Assembly (NCBI GenBank): GCA_963790915.1
Contig: CAWBQS010000005.1
Coordinates: forward strand, 87,579 to 151,578
Source: an uncultured Chloroflexia bacterium
Lineage (GTDB): Bacteria; Chloroflexota; Limnocylindria; Limnocylindrales; CSP1-4
Direction: 5' to 3'
Length of the DNA stretch: 64,000 nucleotides
In this document: in pieces, positions 39,950 through 54,980 of the stretch
Position numbering within the stretch: position 1 is the first letter of the stretch
Layout of the letters: each line of letters begins with the position of its first letter
The notes under the pieces: model-generated
Database searches by the model: none
Seen by the model: only the letters and a program-made list of their open reading frames with translations
What the model was told of the DNA's origin: nothing
Program-made: the position numbers and the translations under genes

Positions 39950-40821
39950 ACGAGCAGGCCTTCCCCGACGGCCAGGCCGGCGGCCACGATGGTGGAGGCC
40001 ATGACCAGCGCCAGCTCGATGTAGAGCAGCCCGGTGGCCGACTCCATCGAGCGCGTCAGCGCCGTGCGCCAGGCCATCCACACCAGCACCAGCGGGAAGA
40101 CCAGGCCGACGACGAGCCGCAGCCAGACGAAGATGGCATTCGGGACCGCCGAGGGCGGCGAAGGGCTCGCCGCCGGGGACGCCCGTCGAGACCCACGTGC
40201 CGAAGAGGAGCAGCTGGACCAGGATGCGCGCCAGACGAGCAGGCGCGTGCGCCAGCACCAGCGGTCGCTTCCGAGATGCGCGGCGTCACGAGGTACCAGT
40301 GCGCCAGGACGACCGCCGCCAGCGACCCGCCGGTGACCACGGTGAGCACCAGGAGCTGCACGAGCAGCGGCACCGCCAGCGGCTCGCCGCCATCCAGGCC
40401 CAGGCCGCCAGGCCCATGGCAGCGACGCCGGCCACCACGGCGCCCCGCGCCCAGGATGAGCGCCCGCCCACCGCGCCGCAGTCGCAGCCCGCCAGCGACG
40501 GCCAGCGACCGCGAAGACGCCGATGGCCCAGCGCCGCGGCTCGTCGAAGGTGGGGTCGCCGCTGATGGCAAGCTCCGACGGCGCCGGCAGCCCCCATTCG
40601 GTCGCCAGCCAGGCCAGGCCGAAGAGGCTCGCGAGGATGGCGCTGAAGCCGAGGAAGCCCGGCGTGGCGTCGGTGACGAGGCCCAGCAGCCAGGTCAGGG
40701 CGAAGCTGCCCAGGGCCAGCGTACCCAGGAGCACCCAGGTGATGTAGCTGAGGCTCTGGACGATCTGCTCGGTCTCCACGCCCGGAGTGTAGGTCCCCAC
40801 TCGCTGGAGCCCCGCGACCAC
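39946..40821 (-). pseudogene. Polytopic membrane protein gene broken by about five frame changes
   Basis: Hydrophobic, plausible segments alternate between all three minus frames (track ORFs 39946..40821, 40056..40571, 40286..40834, 39572..40258). Arg-rich nonsense fills the gaps between them. Confidence 0.45.
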
Positions 40822-40961
40822 AGTTCCCGCGCATCTCGGCGGCCGTGGCGCGGGCCGCCAGGGTTGGCGGTCGGTGTCACCCGGTGGCGATCAGCCGCCG
40901 TCCAGCGGCGATCAGGCGCCGGCGGGGTTGATGCGCAGTCTCCGGGGTTCCGCGGAATGGC

Positions 40962-43524
40962 TCACCGCTCGCCGCGCCGCCCAGGTGGAAGGGGCCCAGA
41001 GGCGCGCCGAACGGAGGGGCTGGGGGTGTCGGGGTCGTGACGACCGGCGCGGCCAGGGCGATCGGCGCCGTGAGCGATGCCGACATGGGCGCCACGGGGG
41101 TCACGACGACTGACTGGTGATGCCGCGGCGGGCGCTGCTTCCGCGGGCACTGCCGGCGCCTCGGGCTGTGCACCCGCCGGTTGCGGGTTCTGGAGGATGC
41201 GGTAGCCCGCGACCAGGGCTTCGACATCCACGCGTGGCAGGCACACCGTGGGGCCGGGCCGCCCCAGCAGGTAGCCCTGCCCGGCACCGATGCCGAGGTC
41301 GCGCAGGACCCGCAGCTGCTCTGCCGTCTCGAGGCCTTCGGCGATGACGAGGGCTCCCTGGCGGGCCGCCAGCTCGCTGATGGAGCGCAGGACCTCGCGC
41401 GACGTGTCGTGCTGGACGCCCTCCTGCACGAGCGAGAGGTCGATCTTGACGATATCGAAGCGGATCTGTGAAAGGAGGCGCAGGCCGCTGTTGCCGGCGC
41501 CCACGTCGTCGGCGGCGATGCGGACGCCGGCCCGCTGCAGTCCGGCCACGTTGTGCCGCAGCCGTTCCAGGTCGTTGACGGCCTCGCGTTCGGTGAGCTC
41601 GACGATGACACGCCCGGTGCTGAGCTGGTGTCGAGCCAGGATCTCCAGCAGCCACCTGGCCCCGAAGTCGTGCGCCTCGAGGGTGCGCGGCGAGAGGTTC
41701 AGGGTGATGACCTGGCTGGGGTCGATGTCCCGGCTGCCGGCGGCGACGGCCTCGAAGCAGGCCAGGTCCAGCTCCACGATGCGGTCAGCCACCGCGGCCG
41801 CCGCGAAGAGCTGGCTGGGGTTCTTGAAGGGCGTCGAGCGACCCGGCCGGATGAGCCCCTCGAAGCCCAGGATGGTGCCGTCGCGCAGGTCGACGATGGG
41901 CTGGTAGACGGGCTGCAGGTCGCGTGTGCGCAGGACGGCGGCGATGCCCTGGGCGAGACCGTGGTTCTCCGCCTCGTCGGGGACCTGGTCGCGGTCGGCT
42001 TCGAAGACGGCCACCGTGCCACGCCCACTGCGCTTGCAGCGATAGAGGGCAGCGTCGGCCTGGCGCACCAGCTCCGTACGGTCGGCAGCCATCAAGGGTA
42101 CGGAGGAGATGCCGCCCGAGAAGTGGATGGCGCGCTCGCCGGCCTGGGGACGCAGGCAGAAGTGGCGCAGGCGGTTGGCCGCCTGCAGCGCCTCGGGGGC
42201 GGTGGTGTGGGGCAGGATGACGGCGAACTCGTCGCCGCCGATGCGGAAGGCGCGATCGCCGTAGCGCAGCGCGTCACGGATGCTGTTGGCCATGCCCAGC
42301 AGCAGGCGGTCGCCGGCCGGGTGACCCTCCCCGTCGTTCACGACCTTGAGGCCGTCGAGGTCGATGAGCAGCAGCGCCACCGGGATCTTGTGACGCCGCT
42401 GCAGCTCGAGCTGGCGGTCCAGCTCCTCCTGGAAGGAACGATGGTTGCCGAGGCCGGTGAGACCGTCATGCAGTGAGTCCTCGCGCGCCTCGCGGTAGAG
42501 CTGCTCGAGCTGCGACTGCGAGGTCGCCAGGTCGTCGAAGGGCTCCTGGAACGTGCGCGCCAGGGCGACGGCCACGAGGAGGACGCCGATGGCGAAGACC
42601 AGCAGGGCCGCCACCAGGGGAAACTGGTCCGGGCCGGGCACGGCCGGCCAGACGTGGATGAGTCCGAGTTGCGTGCCGTCGTCCGTGCGCCACAGCGGCG
42701 CCGCCGTGGCGGCCCAGCCGGCACGGGCGAGGGCCATCGCCGTGCCCTGCCGCCCGGAGGTGATGCCGTCGATGTGGATGCGCAGGTTGCCCAGCGGGCG
42801 GGCGCCAGGGTCAGCGCTACCGTCGGCGATGGCATCCGTGCGAGAACCGGCCACGATGGTGTCCGTGGAGAGATCCACGAGGGCTGCCCCGCTGGCGATG
42901 TTCGCCGCGCTGGGAGTGGCGGCGAAGAGGTCGGCGATGTCCACCGCGACGGTGAGGACGCCGCTCTCGCGCCGGGTCGAGGAGGTGATCCGCGTGCTCA
43001 GCTCGAGGCTGGCGGAGTGGCCTTCGGATCGTGCCGCGGAGTGTGCCACGGAGCCTGAGGCTGACGCCAGGACGGCCCGGGTGACGGCGGCCGGATGCGC
43101 AGGTGGCAGCGGTGCGCCCGTTGGCAGCCGGTGCGACCGGCACCACGGCCGCGGCCAGCCCACCGGCTCCCCCGAGGCGCACGGCGGCACCATCCGATGA
43201 TCGCGTCAGACAGGCGCCGCTGAGGGCAGCGTCCTCGCCGACGCCGAGCGTGGCCAGCGTCCGGCTGGCGACCTGCTGCTCGGTGCCGCCGCTCACGCCG
43301 TCGAGGAGCTGCGCCAGGTCCTGATCGGCAGCGGCACCCAGGAGGGCTGTCTCGACGGCGGTCATGCGTTCGGAGAGGTCGGCGGCAGCAGCAGCAGTCT
43401 GCCAGGCGCGGCGCTCGCCGGTGGCCAGGTCCGGGTCGGGCTGCAAGGCGCCGATGAGCAGGATGGTACCGACCATCGGCAGGACGGCCAGCCCGAGCAT
43501 GGCCAGCCAGATCCGGATCCGCAT
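40962..43524 (-). CDS. GGDEF-EAL (diguanylate cyclase/phosphodiesterase) protein with N-terminal membrane-flanked sensor domain; apparent frameshift near 43110
   Basis: ATG 43524 (MRIRIWLAMLGLAVLPMVGTILLIG) lies in track ORF 42817..43623. The protein then continues in ORF 40962..43193: a second TM helix, GGDEF (RIGGDEFAV), and EAL (EGLIRP, ELTERE, DDVGAG, EGLET). Confidence 0.85.
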
Positions 43525-43783
43525 GAGGCCGGAGCCACGGCGGAGGCCGGTCGAGAAGTGGCGTGGGAAGGCGATCCTGGTGGTGGGCATATGCGTCGCA
43601 CCAGCCGGGGCTGGTCCGCACATTCAAGGGCTCTCGCGACCGTCCGGTAATGACCCGAAACGCACACGGCGGCACAGGACCGCAGACAGGGGACCCCCTC
43701 CAGATGGCGGCCCGCAGCGGCTGGAGGGAGTCGCGCCCGATTCCGGGTAGGCTTCACCGGCACGCATCCACAAGGAGTCGCCC

Positions 43784-44288
43784 GTGGCCCAGTACGCCAA
43801 GCCGCCCAGCATGATCGTGGACCCCGCCAGGTCCTACACGGCCACCATCGAGACCTCGGCCGGAACCATGACCGCCGAGCTCTTCGTCGCTGAGGCGCCG
43901 CGAACCGTCAACAACTTCGTCTTCCTGGCGCGCGAGGGCTTCTATGACGAGGTCATCTTCCACCGCGTCATCAAGGGCTTCATGATCCAGGGCGGCGATC
44001 CCACTGGGCACCGGCAGCGGAGGCCCGGGCTACCGCTTCGCGGACGAGCCCGTCACGCGCCGCTATCTGCGCGGCACGCTGGCCATGGCCAACGCGGGCC
44101 GCGACACCAACGGCAGCCAGTTCTTCGTCATGCATGCGGACTATGGGCTGCCGCCGAACTACACGATCTTCGGCAAGCTCACCGCCGGCGAAGAGGTCGT
44201 GGACGCGATCGCCACCGCGCCCACGGGCGGGCAGGACCGGCCCCTGGAGCCGGTGCGCATCCTCTCGATCAGCATCACCGAGGCCTGA
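43784..44288 (+). CDS. ppi: Peptidyl-prolyl cis-trans isomerase, cyclophilin type; apparent frameshift near 44007
   Basis: NFVFLAREGFYDEVIFHRVIKGFMIQGGDPTG, then in the next frame TGSGGPGYRFADE...LAMANAGRDTNGSQFF. Removing one G from actgggcacc joins the two frames. Confidence 0.85.
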
Positions 44289-44446
44289 TCTGACCGCCGG
44301 GCCGCGCCTGGCACCGCGCTGACACCTGGCGCGGCGCGGCAGCGGCCAGCCAAGCCGCGCGGCCAGCACCAGGCGCGGCGCGGTAAGCACAGGCGCGCGG
44401 CTGACCCCACCTGGCTGGGCCGTCTGTGCCAGCCACCAAGCTGGCC

Positions 44447-44653
44447 TCAGCCTGCCGGTGAGGCCGACGGCTGCAGGACCTTCAGGGCGTCGTCCAGCGT
44501 GGGTGCCGGCGGAGCTGGCTGGCTGAAGAAGACGAACCAGACCGTGAAGATGGCGGCGGCGACCAGCAGCACAAGCACGATGGCCGCGATGATCACCATG
44601 CGGCGGCGCCTGGCAGCCACCTGCTCCTGGGGTGAGGATGGAGCGCTGGTCAT
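44447..44653 (-). CDS. Small (68 aa) single-pass membrane protein, hypothetical
   Basis: GGAGGA 4 nt upstream of the ATG. RRRRMVIIAAIVLVLLVAAAIFTVWFVFF. Confidence 0.35.
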   Translation of the reverse strand: MTSAPSSPQEQVAARRRRMVIIAAIVLVLLVAAAIFTVWFVFFSQPAPPAPTLDDALKVLQPSASPAG

Positions 44654-44889
44654 GGGTCCTCCGTGACTCGGCGTGGACGCAGCGGCGGCGTCGGTGCGCT
44701 ATCCAAGCACGTCTGCGACTTCCTCGCCACGAGCGCGGCGGGCACGGGCTGCGGCGACAGACCGGGCGCCTGCGCCGGCCGCGCCGCTCGCGCCGGCACA
44801 ACTCGCGCCCAACGCGCCGCTCGCACGCCTCGCGCCGGGCGCGCGCAAGGCGCCAGGCGCCGCTCGCGAGTTCCGGCTCGCCACCGGAC

Positions 44890-45070
44890 GCACTTCCTGC
44901 GAGGTCAGGCTTGTCACCGGGTGAACGATCTCGACCACCCTGGCCCGGGATCGACTGGTTCTTGTCATCCCGTGATCAGGAATGTCAACGCTTGTCACCC
45001 CGTGCACATCCTGGGCAAGAATCGCAGCGCACACGTCAAGTTCGGTCACCCGGTGACAAACGGGGGCGAC
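44890..45070. repeat. Cluster of four TTGTCACC(N1-3)GTGA / GTCACCCGGTGAC dyad motifs
   Basis: cttgtcaccgggtgaacg, cttgtcatcccgtgatcagg, cttgtcaccccgtgcaca and cggtcacccggtgacaaacg. The motif is related to the units at 37990-38190. Confidence 0.6.
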
Positions 45071-45329
45071 GAAAGGGCTGCAGCATCGCCGGCGGCTGCG
45101 AGCAGGGAGTGCAGCCTCGCCGCGGCATCGCTCCGAGCGCGCGGCACCGGCGTGCAGCCTCGCGGATCCTGCCGACGCAGGGTCGAGCAGCTTGCCGACG
45201 CAGGGTCGAGCAGGCCGCCCACTCCGGGCGCGCCGCCTCCGCGTGCAGCCTCGCGGAACCTGCCGGCGCCGACTTGGCCTCGGGCAGTCCCAGGGGCGGG
45301 CCGATCCACGGTCAGCCGCGGCGGGCGCC

Positions 45330-46246
45330 TCAAACGATGGTGATGGCCGGCTCCACCGCCCGCGGGTAACAGCCCATCAGGCGCACCCAGACGCAGACAG
45401 CGCGCAGATCGGCCAGGAAGGTCTTCCCTCCCCCGCCGGGGCGGACGTCCGCGTCAAGGTCCACCCAGAAGACGTACTCCCAGGTGCCCTCGCGGCTGGG
45501 CCGCGACTCGAGCTTGGTCATGTTGATGCGGTGATCGGCGATGACGCCGAGGGCGCGAACGAGCGTACCCGGCTCATTGCGCACGGAGAAGACGAGGGCG
45601 CTGCGGGTCGCTGCCATCGGGACTGGCCGTGGCGGGCACCGGCAGGTCGGGCGCGTCCTCCCGAGCGAGCACCAGGAACCGCGTCCGGTTGCGCCGCTCG
45701 GCCTGGATGTCCGTGGCCAGTACCTCCAGCCCGAAGAGCGCCGCCGCCCGGGGCGACAGGACGGCTGCCGCTCCGCGCTCGTCACGATCGACGATCATCT
45801 TCCCGGAGCCGGCCGTGTTGGTGGCCGCGAGCAGCGTCCACGGCCGTGAGCGCAGGAACGGCTCCGCCTGGGCCAGGGCCTGGATGTGCGAGTAGACACG
45901 CTCGATAGTCTTCCAGGCGCTGGCCGGGCAGCGCCGCCAGGCAGAGGCGCACGGGCACGATGACCTCGCCGACGACGACCTCCTGGCTGTCGAGCAGCAG
46001 GTCGTAGACCTCGCGCACGCCGCCGCCGACGACGTTCTCGATGGGCAGCACGCCGGCCACCGCCTCGCCGGCGGATACGCTGCGCACGACGTCCTCGAAG
46101 AGCGGAACGGCCAGCGCCGACGCGTCCGGGTAGGCGGCCAGGACGGCGTCCTCGGCGAACGATCCGGGCTCCCCGGCGAAGGCGACCGTGAGTCGAGCGG
46201 GGTCGCTCAAAGGCTGGACGCTGACCAGTCGTGCGGGGCTACTCAC
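45330..46246 (-). CDS. pheA: Prephenate dehydratase; two apparent frameshifts (near 45907 and 45620)
   Basis: The three parts lie in three frames. The first is LTVAFAGEPGSFAEDAV...VLPIENVVGGGVREVYDLL. The second is ERVYSHIQALAQAEPFL...TRFLVLARED. The third is the ACT domain TSALVFSVRNEPGTLVRALGVIADHRINMTKLESRPS. The start is uncertain; GTG 46246 is the best candidate. Confidence 0.8.
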
Positions 46247-46277
46247 GGCCGGAAGCCGGTCAGTCGCGAGAGGTCGC

Positions 46278-47897
<1,620 letters not shown>

Positions 47898-47937
47898 GGT
47901 CTCTCCCTGGCTGCTCTGCTGCCTGGCTGCTGTGCCG

Positions 47938-49128
47938 CTAACTGGCGCGGACGCGATCTGCCACGGCCGCGGCGAAGGCGGCGGTGCCGACACGCTGCCA
48001 GCCTCGCTCCTCGCCGTGGGCGCCCATGACGTCCGCAGTGCGGGTCCCGGAATCCAGGGTCGCCCGGACGGCGACCTCGATGGCGTCGGCGGCGGCCGGC
48101 TGGCCCAGCGACCAGCGCAGCATCATGGCCCCCGACAGGATGGTGGCGGCGGGGTTGGCGATGTCCAGGCCGGTCTTGGCCGGCGACGATCCGTGGCTGG
48201 GCTCGTACATGCCGGCCTGGCCGTGCGCCGTGGTGCGCTCGCCGAGCGAGGCCGAGGGCAGCATGCCCAGCGAGCCAGCCAGGACGGAGGCTTCGTCCGA
48301 CAGGATGTCGCCGAACATGTTGCCGGTCACGATGACGTCGAACTGGGCCGGCCGGGTGATGAGGGACATGGCCGTGGAGTCCACCAGTCGGTGCTCCAGG
48401 GAGACGTCCGGGAACTCCGGCGCGACCTCCTCGACGACGGTGCGCCAGAGCCGGCTGGAGGCCAGCACGTTGGCCTTGTCCACGCTGGTCAGCCGCTTGC
48501 GGCGGCCGCGCGCGAGCTGGAAGGCGAGACGGACGATGCGGCGCACCTCCATCTCCGAGTAGATCATCGTGTCGTAGGCCTGCCGGCCGTCGGGCCCGTC
48601 GTGGGCTTCGCGGCGCTCGCCGAAGTAGACGTCGCCGGTGAGCTCGCGAACGATGAGCAGGTCCACGCCGGCGACGCGCTCGGGACGCAGCGGCGAGGCC
48701 TCCACGAGGGACGGCTCGACGAAGACCGGGCGCAGGTTGGCGAAGAGGCCGAGCACCTTGCGCATGCGCAGCAGGCCCTGCTCGGGGCGGACCGTGGCTG
48801 CCGGGTCGTCCCACTTGGGGCCGCCGACCGCACCCAGGAGCACGGCGTCCTGGGCCAACAGCACGTCCAGGTCCTCATCGCGGATGGCCGTGCCATATGT
48901 GTCGATGGCGATGCCGCCGGCGAGGACCTCCGTCCAGGCGAAGCCGAAGCCGAAGCGCTCGGCGGCCGCCTCGAGCACGACGCTGGCGGCGTCCACGATC
49001 TCGGGGCCGATGCCGTCGCCAGGGATGCGCGCGACCTGGTAGGTGGGCCGGGCGCCCGCGCGCGAGTCCGCACCCTGCGGGGCCGTGCCCAGCGCGGCCG
49101 TGCCCGGTTGGGCAGTGTCGCCCGTCAC
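47938..49128 (-). CDS. leuB: 3-isopropylmalate dehydrogenase
   Basis: IPGDGIGPEIV, LLGAVGGPKWD, NLRP, DIVRELTGDVYFG-like segment, and NMFGDILSDEAS. Confidence 0.93.
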   Translation of the reverse strand: MTGDTAQPGTAALGTAPQGADSRAGARPTYQVARIPGDGIGPEIVDAASVVLEAAAERFGFGFAWTEVLAGGIAIDTYGTAIRDEDLDVLLAQDAVLLGAVGGPKWDDPAATVRPEQGLLRMRKVLGLFANLRPVFVEPSLVEASPLRPERVAGVDLLIVRELTGDVYFGERREAHDGPDGRQAYDTMIYSEMEVRRIVRLAFQLARGRRKRLTSVDKANVLASSRLWRTVVEEVAPEFPDVSLEHRLVDSTAMSLITRPAQFDVIVTGNMFGDILSDEASVLAGSLGMLPSASLGERTTAHGQAGMYEPSHGSSPAKTGLDIANPAATILSGAMMLRWSLGQPAAADAIEVAVRATLDSGTRTADVMGAHGEERGWQRVGTAAFAAAVADRVRAS

Positions 49129-50822
49129 GGGGTGACCTCCTTCGCGCCGACGGTGCGGCCCGCCGCGGCATCCGCCGCAGCGCCGGCCGCGCCGGCTGTC
49201 CCTGCCCCGGCGCCCGCGGCCGCGCTCTCGACGGGCGCGAGCACGCCGGCGGCCTCGTGCCAGAGGAGCTTCTCGAGGGCCGCCAGGTAGGCCTCCACGG
49301 AGGCCTCGATGATGTTCGTGGAGAGGCCGTGGCCGGTAACGGTCTCGGCCGTGCCCTCCGGGTCGATCGACCGCCGGGCGCGCACCATGACGCGGCCCTG
49401 GGCATCCTCGCCGCCGGAGACGGCGCGGATCTCGTAGTCGGTAAGGCGGGGATACCAGCCGATGAGCGGCTCCACGGCCGTGTCCACGGCCACGAAGAGC
49501 GCGTCCACCGGGCCGTTGCCATCGGCCTGGGCGCTGACCGCCTCGCCCTTGACGACGAGCGAGACGTCGCCGCGGGAGCTGCCACCCTTGCTGGAGCTGA
49601 CCGACCAGCCCTCCAGGCGCAGCGGCGCGTCGGCCGCGGCCTCGTCAGCGGGGACGCCGGCGGCCTGCGTCTCGGCCAGGGCCAGCAGGTCGGCGTCGGT
49701 GACCTCCTTCTTGGAGTCGGCCAGGGCGATGGCCTGGCGATAGACGCGGTCGAGTGCTTCGCCCTCCAGCTCCACGCCCAGCTCGTGCAGCTTGCCCTGC
49801 AGGCCGCGACGACCGGAGAGCTTGCCGACCGTGAGCCGAGAGCCTGCCAGGCCCACGGACTGCGGGGTCATGATCTCGTAGGTGAGGGCGTTCTTGAGGA
49901 CGCCGTCCTGGTGGATGCCCGATTCGTGGGCGAAGGCGTTGCGCCCCACGATGGCCTTGTTGGGCTGCACCGCGAAGCCGGTCAGGTAGGAGACGAGACG
50001 GCTGGCGTTGCTGATCTGCTCGGTGTTGACCGTGGACCCGGCGACGTCGAACTCCGTGGGCCGCGTGCGCAGGGCCATGACGACCTCCTCCAGGGAGGCG
50101 TTGCCGGCGCGCTCGCCGAGGCCGTTGATGGTGACCTCCACCTGGCGCGCCCCGGCCTGCACCGCAGCCAGCGTGTTGGCCGTGGCCAGGCCCAGGTCGT
50201 TGTGGCAATGGACGGAGACGGTGGCGCCGGCGCCGACGCGCTCGACCACCTGCCGCGTCAGCTCGCCGAACTCGGCAGGGATGGCGTAGCCCACGGTGTC
50301 CGGGACGTTGACGGTGGTGGCGCCGGCGTCCACGACGGCCTCGAAGACGCGCAACAGGAAGTCGCGCTCGGTGCGGCTGGCGTCCTCGGCACTGAACTCG
50401 ATCTCGGCGTCGGGGCCCAGCTCCTTGCGGGCATAGCGCACCCAGTGCACCGCGGCGGCCAGCGCCGCCTCGCGGTCCATGCGCAGCTTGTGCACGAGGT
50501 GGATGTCGCTGGTGGCGATGAAGAGGTGGAGATGCGGCTTCTCGGCGGCCTTGAGGGCCTCGATGCCGCGCTGCGGGTCACCGTCACGGCAGCGCGCCAG
50601 GCCGGCCACGGCGATGCCCCGGGTCTCCTGGGCGATCCGCGAGACGGCCTCGAAGTCGCCCGGCGAGGCAGCCGGGAAGCCGGCCTCGATGACGTCCACC
50701 TTGAGGCGGACCAGCTGGCGGGCGACCTCCAGCTTCTCGGCGACGGTCAGGCTGGCACCGGGTGCCTGCTCGCCATCGCGAAGGGTCGTGTCGAAGATGC
50801 GTACCGGTACGTCCACGCTCAT
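49125..50822 (-). CDS. leuA: 2-isopropylmalate synthase
   Basis: [44 protein letters not shown], and a C-terminal regulatory domain. Confidence 0.95.
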   Translation of the reverse strand: MSVDVPVRIFDTTLRDGEQAPGASLTVAEKLEVARQLVRLKVDVIEAGFPAASPGDFEAVSRIAQETRGIAVAGLARCRDGDPQRGIEALKAAEKPHLHLFIATSDIHLVHKLRMDREAALAAAVHWVRYARKELGPDAEIEFSAEDASRTERDFLLRVFEAVVDAGATTVNVPDTVGYAIPAEFGELTRQVVERVGAGATVSVHCHNDLGLATANTLAAVQAGARQVEVTINGLGERAGNASLEEVVMALRTRPTEFDVAGSTVNTEQISNASRLVSYLTGFAVQPNKAIVGRNAFAHESGIHQDGVLKNALTYEIMTPQSVGLAGSRLTVGKLSGRRGLQGKLHELGVELEGEALDRVYRQAIALADSKKEVTDADLLALAETQAAGVPADEAAADAPLRLEGWSVSSSKGGSSRGDVSLVVKGEAVSAQADGNGPVDALFVAVDTAVEPLIGWYPRLTDYEIRAVSGGEDAQGRVMVRARRSIDPEGTAETVTGHGLSTNIIEASVEAYLAALEKLLWHEAAGVLAPVESAAAGAGAGTAGAAGAAADAAAGRTVGAKEVTP

Positions 50823-51895
50823 CGTGCTTCCCCCTCCCCCGTTGCCGGCACCGGCCGGGCGGCGCCCGTGGTGGATGCCTGGGCCTGGCCAGCGCTGACC
50901 TCCACCGGGTCCAGCCAGCTCATCTGCGAGCGCAGCCGAGCGCCGACCTGCTCGATCTGGTGGTCGCGGTCGGCCTGCCGGAGCCGCGCGAACTCGGCCC
51001 CACCGGAGTCGTACTCGGCGATCCAGCGGGTCGCGAAACGACCGCTCTGGATATCCGCCAGGACGTCCGCCATGGCCTGCTTGGCGCCCTCGGTCACCCG
51101 TGGGCCGCTCACGTAGTCGCCGTACTCGGCCGTGTCGCTGACGCTGAAGCGCATGAAGTTGAGGCCGCCGCGGTACATGAGGTCGACGATGAGCTTGAGC
51201 TCATGCATCGTCTCGAAGTACGCCAGCTCCGGCTGGTAGCCGGCTTCGACGAGCGTCTCGAAGGCGGCCTTCACGAGGGCGGAGACGCCGCCGCAGAGGA
51301 GCGCCTGCTCGCCGAACAGATCGGTCTCGGTCTCCTCCGCGAAGGTGGTCTCCAGGATGCCGGCACGCGTGGCGCCGATGCCCCGCGCATAGGCCATGAC
51401 GCGCGCACGCGCCGTGCCCGAGGGGTCCTGCTCGACCGCGAAGAGGGCCGGCACGCCGCCGCCCGACTGGTAGACCGAACGGACGAGGTGCCCGGGGCCC
51501 TTGGGCGCCACCATGCCCACGTCGACGCCCGCCGGCGGCACGATGCGTCCGAAGCGGATGTTGAAGCCGTGGGCGAACATCAGGAGCTGGCCGGGCCGCA
51601 GGTTGGGCGCGATCTCGCTGTCGTAGACGGCCTTCTGCACGGTGTCCGGCAGGGCCAGCATGATGACGTCCGCGGCGCGGACGGCCGCCGCGACATCCAT
51701 CACGGTCAGGCCGGCAGACTCCGCCATGGCCCGGCTCTTGGAGCCCGGGGCCAGGCCGACCACGACGTTGACGCCGTTCTCGTGGAGGTTGAGGGCGTGG
51801 GCGTGGCCCTGGCTGCCGTAGCCGATGACGGCCACGGTCTGACCCTCGAGGGCGGCGGGGTCCGTGTCGCTGTCGTAATACATCCGTGCGGGCAT
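50819..51895 (-). CDS. ilvC: Ketol-acid reductoisomerase
   Basis: [24 protein letters not shown], and [11 protein letters not shown]. Confidence 0.96.
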   Translation of the reverse strand: MPARMYYDSDTDPAALEGQTVAVIGYGSQGHAHALNLHENGVNVVVGLAPGSKSRAMAESAGLTVMDVAAAVRAADVIMLALPDTVQKAVYDSEIAPNLRPGQLLMFAHGFNIRFGRIVPPAGVDVGMVAPKGPGHLVRSVYQSGGGVPALFAVEQDPSGTARARVMAYARGIGATRAGILETTFAEETETDLFGEQALLCGGVSALVKAAFETLVEAGYQPELAYFETMHELKLIVDLMYRGGLNFMRFSVSDTAEYGDYVSGPRVTEGAKQAMADVLADIQSGRFATRWIAEYDSGGAEFARLRQADRDHQIEQVGARLRSQMSWLDPVEVSAGQAQASTTGAARPVPATGEGEAR

Positions 51896-51975
51896 GGCGT
51901 TGGCCTTCCTCTAGCTGGTCGAAGGGGCAGGATGGCTGGTGGCGGGCTCGGCGGCACTCCGCTCCGACCGTGCGT

Positions 51976-52596
51976 TCATGGGCGGGGCGCCATGGCCGGC
52001 ACGGGACCCGCGCGCAGGATGGCGTCGACATCGATGGCGCCGGAGCCGCGGCCAAGGGCGATGGTACCGGTGCGCACCATCTCCTTGATGCCGAAGCCAG
52101 CGAGCAGGGCGACCAGCGAGTCGATCTCCTGCTCGGTGCCGGCGTGCTCGACGATGACCGTCTCGGGACCGACATCGAGGATGCGGCCTTTGTATAGCTC
52201 GATGATGCGCAGCACCTCGCCGCGCCGAGACTCGGTGGCGCGGACCTTCACGAGCGCCAGCTCGTGCTCCACGACCGCGGTCTCCGGGAGGTCCTGGACC
52301 TTGAGCACATCGATGAGCCGGTAGAGCTGCTTGGCCATCTGCTCGACAGCGAAGTCGTCGCCGCGCAGGCTGATGGTCATGCGGCTGATGTCCGGACGCT
52401 GCGTGTGGCCGACGGCCAGGGACTCGATGTTGAAGTTGCGGCTGCGGACCATGGAGGAGACGCGGTTGAGGACGCCGGGCTGGTTGTTGACGAGCACCAC
52501 CAGCACGTGGCGGTGCGTCTGGCCTGTGCCGGGCACGTAGCGCTGCTTGGGGGCGCTCTTGTCCGGGGCGGCGATGGGATCGTTCATGGCAGCCAT
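51976..52596 (-). CDS. ilvN: Acetolactate synthase small (regulatory) subunit
   Basis: ACT domain HVLVVLVNNQPGVLNRVSSMVRSRNFNIESLAVG. The start directly abuts the ilvB stop. Confidence 0.93.
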   Translation of the reverse strand: MAAMNDPIAAPDKSAPKQRYVPGTGQTHRHVLVVLVNNQPGVLNRVSSMVRSRNFNIESLAVGHTQRPDISRMTISLRGDDFAVEQMAKQLYRLIDVLKVQDLPETAVVEHELALVKVRATESRRGEVLRIIELYKGRILDVGPETVIVEHAGTEQEIDSLVALLAGFGIKEMVRTGTIALGRGSGAIDVDAILRAGPVPAMAPRP

Positions 52597-54609
<2,013 letters not shown>

Positions 54610-54687
54610 CGCTTCTGCCCTTCCCTGTGCTCTGTCTCGATCATGTCTTCGTCTCGATCATGTCGTCCGCCATGGCTCCCGCCGCCC

Positions 54688-54721
54688 AAAACGAAGACCC
54701 TCGCCGTTCCCGGCGAGGGTC
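54688..54721 (-). terminator. Intrinsic terminator / attenuator hairpin upstream of ilvB
   Basis: The minus strand reads GACCCTCGCCG-GGAA-CGGCGAGGGTC, an 11-bp perfect stem with a GNRA loop, followed by TTCGTTTTGGG. It lies about 80 nt upstream of the ilvB ATG at 54609 and about 24 nt after the stop of the 64-codon ORF. Confidence 0.65.
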
Positions 54722-54745
54722 CTGGTGGTTCGACGTCCGTTGCGC

Positions 54746-54940
54746 CTAGCGGCGCTGCCTCCGCCTCCCCCCAGACTCCCACCGGGAGCCGGTAATCAGG
54801 GCGATAAGCTCGAGACCAAGGGCCTCGAGCGTGCCAAGGAGGAGTACGGCTACGTTCTGGGGCAGGCGGACGGGCACGCGCGTGCCGTCATCACGGATAG
54901 CGATGGCGGTCAGCTGGCGCCGGCGTTCGGTCTGGCCCAT
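54746..54940 (-). CDS. 64-codon ORF (possible ilv leader peptide or small hydrophobic protein)
   Basis: ATG 54940, in frame with the tail of track ORF 54746..55243, with GAGGAG 13 nt upstream. MGQTERRRQLTAIAIRDDGTRVPVRLPQNVAVLLLGTLEALGLELIALITGSRWESGGRRRQRR. Confidence 0.3.
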   Translation of the reverse strand: MGQTERRRQLTAIAIRDDGTRVPVRLPQNVAVLLLGTLEALGLELIALITGSRWESGGRRRQRR

Positions 54941-54980
54941 GTTACGTGGGTGCTCCTCTGGGTGGCGGAGACGTGTGCGG

